Assembly: GCA_964035545.1 (NCBI GenBank)
Contig: OZ037765.1
Coordinates: 5,962,698-6,026,697, forward strand
Direction of reading: 5' to 3'
DNA length: 64,000 nucleotides
Source of the DNA: Bugula neritina
Taxonomy: Eukaryota > Animalia > Bryozoa
Under the pieces are notes generated by a model. That model saw only the letters and a list, made by a program, of their open reading frames with translations. It was not told the origin of the DNA and searched no databases. A program made the translations under genes and the position numbers. Within the stretch, counting starts at the first letter, position 1. Each line of letters starts with the position of its first letter. Below, in pieces: positions 29,801 through 41,800 of the stretch.

Positions 29801-32800
29801 AATCTGAGACCGACAGAGGTGCTTCCATGGGTATCGAAGGTGCCCGCTGTTGGTAATGAAAAGCCGTTTGTCACGGTAACTTTGACTGATGACGGTTCAT
29901 TGGCTCCAGTAGACAGACTAGAGTTCCCTGTGTTGGAGAATGTTGATGAAGTTACAGTTAGCATTATGATGAGTCCTGATGGGCCTGAAAAGATTGTGAC
30001 ACCTGAAGAGACATTGCCAACCACAAGCGGTTTGATTGTGAAATTGAAGTCCCAACCAGAAGCTTTGACAGTGGTCATTAGATTTTCACCAACTGATTCT
30101 TCAAAACCAGTCAAGGTGCAACTCGATGTGTTTGCTTGTTTGAAACCAATAGAATCAACCACCAGCAAACTATCAACAACTTCAATGAGAGTCCCGACTG
30201 AAACAACAACTTCATTAAAGACAACTCCATCAACTGCTTCTCCTGCCACTACGACTGCTATATCTTGTGAAATCGTCGATGCAATGAAGGATCCTCAATA
30301 TTTGCCAACGTATCGCATCGAAACTTCACCAAGTGATAGTGAGAAAGAGAATCTGAGACCGACAGAGGTGCTTCCATGGGTATCGAAGGTGCCCGCTGTT
30401 GGTAATGAAAAGCCGTTTGTCACGGTAACTTTGACTGATGACGGTTCATTGGCTCCAGTAGACAGACTAGAGTTCCCTGTGTTGGAGAATGTTGATGAAG
30501 TTACAGTTAGCATTATGACGAGTCCTGATGGGCCTGAAGAGATTGTGACACCTGAAGAGACATTGCCAACCACAAGCGGTTTGATTGTGAAATTGAAGTC
30601 CCAACCAGAAGCTCTGACAGTGGTCATTAGATTTTCACCAATTGATTCTTCAAAACCAGTCAAGGTGCAACTCGATGTGTTTGCTTGTTTGAAACCAATA
30701 GAATCAACCACCAGCAAACTATCAACAACTTCAATGAGAGTCCCGACTGAAACAACAACTTCATTAAAGGCTACTCCATCAACTGCTTCTCCGGCCACTA
30801 CGACTGCTATATCTTGTGAAATCGTCGATGGAATGAAAGATCCACAATATTTACCAAATAATCGCATCGAAACTTCACCAAGTGATAGTGAGAAAGAGAA
30901 TCTGAGACCGACAGAGGTGCTTCCATGGGTATCGAAGGTGCCCGCTGTTGGTAATGAAAAGCCGTTTGTCACGGTAACTTTGACTGATGACGGTTCATTG
31001 GCTCCAGTAGACAGACTAGAGTTCCCTGTGTTGGAGAATGTTGATGAAGTTACAGTTAGCATTATGATGAGTCCTGATGGGCCTGAAAAGATTGTGACAC
31101 CTGAAGAGACATTGCCAACCACAAGCGGTTTGATTGTGAAATTGAAGTCCCAACCAGAAGCTTTGACAGTGGTCATTAGATTTTCACCAACTGATTCTTC
31201 AAAACCAGTCAAGGTGCAACTCGATGTGTTTGCTTGTTTGAAACCAATAGAATCAACCACCAGCAAACTATCAACAACTTCAATGAGAGTCCCGACTGAA
31301 ACAACAACTTCATTAAAGACAACTCCATCAACTGCTTCTCCTGCCACTACGACTGCTATATCTTGTGAAATCGTCGATGCAATGAAGGATCCTCAATATT
31401 TGCCAACGTATCGCATCGAAACTTCACCAAGTGATAGTGAGAAAGAGAATCTGAGACCGACAGAGGTGCTTCCATGGGTATCGAAAGTGCCCGCTGTTGG
31501 TAATGAAAAGCCGTTTGTCACGGTAACTTTGACTGATGACGGTTCATTGGCTCCAGTAGACAGACTAGAGTTCCCTGTGTTGGAGAATGTTGATGAAGTT
31601 ACAGTTAGCATTATGACGAGTCCTGATGGGCCTGAAGAGATTGTGACACCTGAAGAGACATTGCCAACCACAAGCGGTTTGATTGTGAAATTGAAGTCCC
31701 AACCAGAAGCTCTGACAGTGGTCATTAGATTTTCACCAATTGATTCTTCAAAACCAGTCAAGGTGCAACTCGATGTGTTTGCTTGTTTGAAACCAATAGA
31801 ATCAACCACCAGCAAACTATCAACAACTTCAATGAGAGTCCCGACTGAAACAACAACTTCATTAAAGAGAACTCCATCAACTGCTTCTCCTGCCACTACG
31901 ACTGCTATATCTTGTGAAATCGTCGATGCAATGAAGGATCCTCAATATTTGCCAACGTATCGCATCGAAACTTCACCAAGTGATAGTGAGAAAGAGAATC
32001 TGAGACCGACAGAGGTGCTTCCATGGGTATCGAAGGTGCCCGCTGTTGGTAATGAAAAGCCGTTTGTCACGGTAACTTTGACTGATGACGGTTCATTGGC
32101 TCCAGTAGACAGACTAGAGTTCCCTGTGTTGGAGAATGTTGATGAAGTTACAGTTAGCATTATGACGAGTCCTGATGGGCCTGAAAAGATTGTGACACCT
32201 GAAGAGACATTGCCAACCACAAGCGGTTTGATTGTGAAACTGAAGTCCCAACCAGAAGCTCTGACAGTGGTCATTAGATTTTCACCAACTGATTCTTCAA
32301 AACCAGTCAAGGTGCAACTCGATGTGTTTGCATGTTTGAAACCAATAGAATCAACCACCAGCAAACTATCAACAACTTCAATGAGAGTCCCGACTGAAAC
32401 AACAACTTCATTAAAGACAACTCCATCAACTGCTTCTCCTGCCACTACGACTGCTATATCTTGTGAAATCGTCGATGCAATGAAGGATCCTCAATATTTG
32501 CCAACGTATCGCATCGAAACTTCACCAAGTGATAGTGAGAAAGAGAATCTGAGACCGACAGAGGTGCTTCCATGGGTATCGAAGGTGCCCGCTGTTGGTA
32601 ATGAAAAGCCGTTTGTCACGGTAACTTTGACTGATGACGGTTCATTGGCTCCAGTAGACAGACTAGAGTTCCCTGTGTTGGAGAATGTTGATGAGGTTAC
32701 AATTAGCATTATGACGAGTCCTGATGGGCCTGAAGAGATTGTGACACCTGAAGAGACATTGCCAACCGCAAGCGGTTTGATTGTGAAATTGAAGTCCCAA

Positions 32801-35800
32801 CCAGAAGCATTGACAGTGGTCATTAGATTTTCACCAACTAATTCTTCAAAACCAGTCAAGGTGCAACTCGATGTGTTTGCATGTTTGAAACCAATAGAAT
32901 CAACCACCAGCAAACTATCCACAACTTCAATGAGAGTCCCGACTGAAACAACAACTTCATTAAAGACAACTCCATCAACTGCTTCTCCTGCCACTACGAC
33001 TGCTATATCTTGTGAAATCGTCGATGGAATGAAAGATCCACAATATTTACCAAATAATCGCATCGAAACTTCACCAAGTGATAGTGAGAAAGAGAATCTG
33101 AGACCGACAGAGGTGCTTCCATGGGTATCGAAGGTGCCCGCTGTTGGTAATGAAAAGCCGTTTGTCACGGTAACTTTGACTGATGACGGTTCATTGGCTC
33201 CAGTAGACAGACTAGAGTTCCCTGTGTTGGAGAATGTTGATGAAGTTACAGTTAGCATTATGACGAGTCCTGATGGGCCTGAAAAGATTGTGACACCTGA
33301 AGAGACATTGCCAACCACAAGCGGTTTGATTGTGAAATTGAAATCCCAACCAGAAGCTTTGACAGTGGTCATTAGATTTTCACCAACTGATTCTTTAAAA
33401 CCAGTCAAGGTGCAACTCGATGTGTTTGCATGTTTGAAACCAATAGAATCAACCACCAGCAAACTATCAACAACTTCAATGAGAGTCCCGACTGAAACAA
33501 CAACTTCATTAAAGACAACTCCATCAACTGCTTCTCCAGCCACTACGACTGCTATATCTTGTGAAATCGTCGATGGAATGAAAGATCCACAATACTTACG
33601 AAATAATCGCATCGAAACTTCACCAAGTGATAGTGAGAAAGAGAATCTGAGACCGACAGAGGTGCTTCCATGGGTATCGAAGGTGCCCGCTGTTGGTAAT
33701 GAAAAGCCGTTTGTCACGGTAACTTTGACTGATGACGGTTCATTGGCTCCAGTAGACAGACTAGAGTTCCCTGTGTTGGAGAATGTTGATGAAGTTACAG
33801 TTAGCATTATGACGAGTCCTGATGGGCCTGAAAAGATTGTGACACCTGAAGAGACATTGCCAACCACAAGCGGTTTGATTGTGAAATTGAAGTCCCAACC
33901 AGAAGCTCTGACAGTGGTCATTAGATTTTCACCAACTGATTCTTCAAAACCAGTCAAGGTGCAACTCGATGTGTTTGCTTGTTTGAAACCAATAGAATCA
34001 ACCACCAGCAAACTATCAACAACTTCAATGAGAGTCCCGACTGAAACAACAACTTCATTAAAGGCTACTCCATCAACTGCTTCTCCAGCCACTACGACTG
34101 CTATATCTTGTGAAATCGTCGATGGAATGAAAGATCCACAATATTTACCAAATAATCGCATCGAAACTTCACCAAGTGATAGTGAGAAAGAGAATCTGAG
34201 ACCGACAGAGGTGCTTCCATGGGTATCGAAGGTGCCCGCTGTTGGTAATGAAAAGCCGTTTGTCACGGTAACTTTGACTGATGACGGTTCATTGGCTCCA
34301 GTAGACAGACTAGAGTTTCCTGTGTTGGAGAATGTTGATGAGGTTACAGTTAGCATTATGACGAGTCCTGATGGGCCTGAAAAGATTGTGACACCTGAAG
34401 AGACATTGCCAACCACAAGCGGTTTGATTGTGAAATTGAAGTCCCAACCAGAAGCTCTGACAGTGGTCATTAGATTTTCACCAACTGATTCTTCAAAACC
34501 AGTCAAGGTGCAACTCGATGTGTTTGCTTGTTTGAAACCAATAGAATCAACCACCAGCAAACTATCAACAACTTCAATGAGAGTCCCGACTGAAACAACA
34601 ACTTCATTGAAGGCAACTCCATCAACTGCTTCTCCTGCCACTACGACTGCTATATCTTGTGAAATCGTCGATGGAATGAAAGATCCACAATATTTGCCAA
34701 CTGATCGCATTGATACTTCACCAAGTGACAGTGAGAAAGAGAATCTGAGACCCACAGAGGTGCTTCCATGGGTATCGAAGGTGCCCGCTGTTGGTAATGA
34801 AAAGCCGTTTGTCACGGTAACTTTGACTGATGACGGTTCATTGGCTCCAGTAGACAGACTAGAGTTCCCTGTGTTGGAGAATGTTGATGAGGTTACAGTT
34901 AGCATTATGACGAGTCCTGATGGGCCTGAAAAGATTGTGACACCTGAAGAGACATTGCCAACCACAAGCGGTTTGATTGTGAAATTGAAGTCCCAACCAG
35001 AAGCTCTGACAGTGGTCATTAGATTTTCACCAACTGATTCTTCAAAACCAGTCAAGGTGCAACTCGATGTGTTTGCTTGTTTGAAACCAATAGAATCAAC
35101 CACCAGCAAACTATCAACAACTTCAATGAGAGTCCCGACTGAAACAACAACTTCATTAAAGGCTACTCCATCAACTGCTTCTCCAGCCACTACGACTGCT
35201 ATATCTTGTGAAATCGTCGATGGAATGAAAGATCCACAATATTTACCAAATAATCGCATCGAAACTTCACCAAGTGATAGTGAGAAAGAGAATCTGAGAC
35301 CGACAGAGGTGCTTCCATGGGTATCGAAGGTGCCCGCTGTTGGTAATGAAAAGCCGTTTGTCACGGTAACTTTGACTGATGACGGTTCATTGGCTCCAGT
35401 AGACAGACTAGAGTTTCCTGTGTTGGAGAATGTTGATGAGGTTACAGTTAGCATTATGACGAGTCCTGATGGGCCTGAAAAGATTGTGACACCTGAAGAG
35501 ACATTGCCAACCACAAGCGGTTTGATTGTGAAATTGAAGTCCCAACCAGAAGCTCTGACAGTGGTCATTAGATTTTCACCAACTGATTCTTCAAAACCAG
35601 TCAAGGTGCAACTCGATGTGTTTGCTTGTTTGAAACCAATAGAATCAACCACCAGCAAACTATCAACAACTTCAATGAGAGTCCCGACTGAAACAACAAC
35701 TTCATTGAAGGCAACTCCATCAACTGCTTCTCCTGCCACTACGACTGCTATATCTTGTGAAATCGTCGATGGAATGAAAGATCCACAATATTTGCCAACT

Positions 35801-38800
35801 GATCGCATTGATACTTCACCAAGTGACAGTGAGAAAGAGAATCTGAGACCCACAGAGGTGCTTCCATGGGTATCGAAGGTGCCCGCTGTTGGTAATGAAA
35901 AGCCGTTTGTCACGGTAACTTTGACTGATGACGGTTCATTGGCTCCAGTAGACAGACTAGAGTTCCCTGTGTTGGAGAATGTTGATGAGGTTACAGTTAG
36001 CATTATGACGAGTCCTGATGGGCCTGAAAAGATTGTGACACCTGAAGAGACATTGCCAACCACAAGCGGTTTGATTGTGAAATTGAAATCCCAACCAGAA
36101 GCTTTGACAGTGGTCATTAGATTTTCACCAACTGATTCTTCAAAACCAGTCAAGGTGCAACTCGATGTGTTTGCATGTTTGAAACCAATAGAATCAACCA
36201 CCAGCAAACTATCAACAACTTCAATAAGAGTCCCGACTGAAACAACAACTTCATTAAAGACAACTCCATCAACTGCTTCTCCTGCCACTACGACTGCTAT
36301 ATCTTGTGAAATCGTCGATGCAATGAAGGATCCTCAATATTTGCCAACGTATCGCATTGAAACTTCACCAAGTGATAGTGAGAAAGAGAATCTGAGACCC
36401 ACAGAGGTGCTTCCATGGGTATCGAAGGTGCCCGCTGTTGGTGATGAAAAGCCGTTACTCACGGTAACTTTGACTGATGACGGTTCATTGGCTCCAGTAG
36501 ACAGACTAGAGTTCCCTGTGTTGGAGAATGTTGATGAGGTTACAGTTAGCATTATGACGAGTCCTGATGGGCCTGAAAAGATTGTGACACCTGAAGAGAC
36601 ATTGCCAACCACAAGCGGTTTGATTGTGAAATTGAAATCCCAACCAGAAGCTTTGACAGTGGTCATTAGATTTTCACCAACTGATTCTTTAAAACCAGTC
36701 AAGGTGCAACTCGATGTGTTTGCATGTTTGAAACCAATAGAATCAACCACCAGCAAACTATCAACAACTTCAATGAGAGTCCCGACTGAAACAACAACTT
36801 CATTAAAGACAACTCCATCAACTGCTTCTCCAGCCACTACGACTGCTATATCTTGTGAAATCGTCGATGGAATGAAAGATCCACAATACTTACCAAATAA
36901 TCGCATCGAAACTTCACCAAGTGATAGTGAGAAAGAGAATCTGAGACCGACAGAGGTGCTTCCATGGGTATCGAAGGTGCCCGCTGTTGGTAATGAAAAG
37001 CCGTTTGTCACGGTAACTTTGACTGATGACGGTTCATTGGCTCCAGTAGACAGACTAGAGTTTCCTGTGTTGGAGAATGTTGATGAGGTTACAGTTAGCA
37101 TTATGACGAGTCCTGATGGGCCTGAAAAGATTGTGACACCTGAAGAGACATTGCCAACCACAAGCGGTTTGATTGTGAAATTGAAGTCCCAACCAGAAGC
37201 TCTGACAGTGGTCATTAGATTTTCACCAACTGATTCTTCAAAACCAGTCAAGGTGCAACTCGATGTGTTTGCTTGTTTGAAACCAATAGAATCAACCACC
37301 AGCAAACTATCAACAACTTCAATGAGAGTCCCGACTGAAACAACAACTTCATTAAAGACAACTCCATCAACTGCTTCTCCAGCCACTACGACTGCTATAT
37401 CTTGTGAAATCGTCGATGGAATGAAAGATCTACAATATTTACCAAATAATCGCATCGAAACTTCACCAAGTGATAGTGAGAAAGAGAATCTGAGACCGAC
37501 AGAGGTGCTTCCATGGGTATCGAAGGTGCCCGCTGTTGGTAACGAAAAGCCGTTTGTCACGGTAACTTTGACTGATGACGGTTCATTGGCTCCAGTAGAC
37601 AGACTAGAGTTCCCTGTGTTGGAGAATGTTGATGAGGTTACAGTTAGCATTATGACGAGTCCTGATGGGCCTGAAAAGATTGTGACACCTGAAGAGACAT
37701 TGCCAACCACAAGCGGTTTGATTGTGAAATTGAAATCCCAACCAGAAGCTCTGACAGTGGTCATTAGATTTTCACCAACTGATTCTTCAAAACCAGTCAA
37801 GGTGCAACTCGATGTGTTTGCTTGTTTGAAACCAATAGAATCAACCACCAGCAAACTATCAACAACTTCAATGAGGGTCCCGACTGAAACAACAACTTCA
37901 TTGAAGGCAACTCCATCAACTGCTTCTCCTGCCACTACGACTGCTATATCTTGTGAAATCGTCGATGCAATGAAGGATCCTCAATATTTGCCAACGTATC
38001 GCATTGAAACTTCACCAAGTGATAGTGAGAAAGAGAATCTGAGACCGACAGAGGTGCTTCCATGGGTATCGAAGGTGCCCGCTGTTGGTAATGAAAAGCC
38101 GTTTGTCACGGTAACTTTGACTGATGACGGTTCATTGGCTCCAGTAGACAGATTAGAGTTCCCTGTGTTGGAGAATGTTGATGAGGTTACAGTTAGCATT
38201 ATGACGAGTCCTGATGGGCCTGAAAAGATTGTGACACCTGAAGAGACATTGCCAACCACAAGCGGTTTGATTGTGAAATTGAAGTCCCAACCAGAAGCAT
38301 TGACAGTGGTCATTAGATTTTCACCAACTGATTCTTCAAAACCAGTCAAGGTGCAACTCGATGTGTTTGCATGTTTGAAACCAATAGAATCAACCACCAG
38401 CAAACTATCAACAACTTCAATGAGAGTCCCGACTGAAACAACAACTTCATTAAAGACAACTCCATCAACTGCTTCTCCTGCCACTACGACTGCTATATCT
38501 TGTGAAATCGTCGATGCAATGAAGGATCCTCAATATTTGCCAACGTATCGCATTGAAACTTCACCAAGTGATAGTGAGAAAGAGAATCTGAGACCGACAG
38601 AGGTGCTTCCATGGGTATCGAAGGTGCCCGCTGTTGGTAATGAAAAGCCGTTTGTCACGGTAACTTTGACTGATGACGGTTCATTGGCTCCAGTAGACAG
38701 ACTAGAGTTCCCTGTGTTGGAGAATGTTGATGAAGTTACAGTTAGCATTATGACGAGTCCTGATGGGCCTGAAAAGATTGTGACACCTGAAGAGACATTG

Positions 38801-41800
38801 CCAACCACAAGCGGTTTGATTGTGAAATTGAAGTCCCAACCAGAAGCTCTGACAGTGGTCATTAGATTTTCACCAACTGATTCTTCAAAACCAGTCAAGG
38901 TGCAACTCGATGTGTTTGCTTGTTTGAAACCAATAGAATCAACCACCAGCAAACTATCAACAACTTCAATGAGAGTCCCGACTGAAACAACAACTTCATT
39001 AAAGGCTACTCCATCAACTGCTTCTCCAGCCACTACGACTGCTATATCTTGTGAAATCGTCGATGGAATGAAAGATCCACAATATTTACCAAATAATCGC
39101 ATCGAAACTTCACTAAGTGATAGTGAGAAAGAGAATCTGAGACCGACAGAGGTGCTTCCATGGGTATCGAAGGTGCCCGCTGTTGGTAATGAAAAGCCGT
39201 TTGTCACGGTAACTTTGACTGATGACGGTTCATTGGCTCCAGTAGACAGACTAGAGTTTCCTGTGTTGGAGAATGTTGATGAGGTTACAGTTAGCATTAT
39301 GACGAGTCCTGATGAGCCTGAAAAGATTGTGACACCTGAAGAGACATTGCCAACCACAAGCGGTTTGATTGTGAAATTGAAGTCCCAACCAGAAGCTCTG
39401 ACAGTGGTCATTAGATTTTCACCAACTGATTCTTCAAAACCAGTCAAGGTGCAACTCGATGTGTTTGCTTGTTTGAAACCAATAGAATCAACCACCAGCA
39501 AACTATCAACAACTTCAATGAGAGTCCCGACTGAAACAACAACTTCATTGAAGGCAACTCCATCAACTGCTTCTCCTGCCACTACGACTGCTATATCTTG
39601 TGAAATCGTCGATGGAATGAAAGATCCACAATATTTCCCAACTGATCGCATTGATACTTCACCAAGTGACAGTGAGAAAGAGAATCTGAGACCCACAGAG
39701 GTGCTTCCATGGGTATCGAAGGTGCCCGCTGTTGGTAATGAAAAGCCGTTTGTCACGGTAACTTTGACTGATGACGGTTCATTGGCTCCAGTAGACAGAC
39801 TAGAGTTCCCTGTGTTGGAGAATGTTGATGAGGTTACAGTTAGCATTATGACGAGTCCTGATGGGCCTGAAAAGATTGTGACACCTGAAGAGACATTGCC
39901 AACCACAAGCGGTTTGATTGTGAAATTGAAATCCCAACCAGAAGCTTTGACAGTGGTCATTAGATTTTCACCAACTGATTCTTCAAAACCAGTCAAGGTG
40001 CAACTCGATGTGTTTGCATGTTTGAAACCAATAGAATCAACCACCAGCAAACTATCAACAACTTCAATAAGAGTCCCGACTGAAACAACAACTTCATTAA
40101 AGACAACTCCATCAACTGCTTCTCCTGCCACTACGACTGCTATATCTTGTGAAATCGTCGATGCAATGAAGGATCCTCAATATTTGCCAACGTATCGCAT
40201 TGAAACTTCACCAAGTGATAGTGAGAAAGAGAATCTGAGACCGACAGAGGTGCTTCCATGGGTATCGAAGGTGCCCGCTGTTGGTAATGAAAAGCCGTTT
40301 GTCACGGTAACTTTGACTGATGACGGTTCATTGGCTCCAGTAGACAGACTAGAGTTCCCTGTGTTGGAGAATGTTGATGAAGTTACAGTTAGCATTATGA
40401 CGAGTCCTGATGGGCCTGAAAAGATTGTGACACCTGAAGAGACATTGCCAACCACAAGCGGTTTGATTGTGAAATTGAAGTCCCAACCAGAAGCTCTGAC
40501 AGTGGTCATTAGATTTTCACCAACTGATTCTTCAAAACCAGTCAAGGTGCAACTCGATGTGTTTGCTTGTTTGAAACCAATAGAATCAACCACCAGCAAA
40601 CTATCAACAACTTCAATGAGAGTCCCGACTGAAACAACAACTTCATTAAAGGCTACTCCATCAACTGCTTCTCCAGCCACTACGACTGCTATATCTTGTG
40701 AAATCGTCGATGGAATGAAAGATCCACAATATTTACCAAATAATCGCATCGAAACTTCACTAAGTGATAGTGAGAAAGAGAATCTGAGACCGACAGAGGT
40801 GCTTCCATGGGTATCGAAGGTGCCCGCTGTTGGTAATGAAAAGCCGTTTGTCACGGTAACTTTGACTGATGACGGTTCATTGGCTCCAGTAGACAGACTA
40901 GAGTTTCCTGTGTTGGAGAATGTTGATGAGGTTACAGTTAGCATTATGACGAGTCCTGATGAGCCTGAAAAGATTGTGACACCTGAAGAGACATTGCCAA
41001 CCACAAGCGGTTTGATTGTGAAATTGAAGTCCCAACCAGAAGCTCTGACAGTGGTCATTAGATTTTCACCAACTGATTCTTCAAAACCAGTCAAGGTGCA
41101 ACTCGATGTGTTTGCTTGTTTGAAACCAATAGAATCAACCACCAGCAAACTATCAACAACTTCAATGAGAGTCCCGACTGAAACAACAACTTCATTGAAG
41201 GCAACTCCATCAACTGCTTCTCCTGCCACTACGACTGCTATATCTTGTGAAATCGTCGATGGAATGAAAGATCCACAATATTTGCCAACTGATCGCATTG
41301 ATACTTCACCAAGTGACAGTGAGAAAGAGAATCTGAGACCCACAGAGGTGCTTCCATGGGTATCGAAGGTGCCCGCTGTTGGTAATGAAAAGCCGTTTGT
41401 CACGGTAACTTTGACTGATGACGGTTCATTGGCTCCAGTAGACAGACTAGAGTTCCCTGTGTTGGAGAATGTTGATGAGGTTACAGTTAGCATTATGACG
41501 AGTCCTGATGGGCCTGAAAAGATTGTGACACCTGAAGAGACATTGCCAACCACAAGCGGTTTGATTGTGAAATTGAAATCCCAACCAGAAGCTTTGACAG
41601 TGGTCATTAGATTTTCACCAACTGATTCTTCAAAACCAGTCAAGGTGCAACTCGATGTGTTTGCTTGTTTGAAACCAATAGAATCAACCACCAGCAAACT
41701 ATCAACAACTTCAATGGGAGTCCCGACTAAAACAACAACTTCATTAAAGGCAACTCCATCAACTGCTTCTCCAGCCACTACGACTGCTATATCTTGTGAG

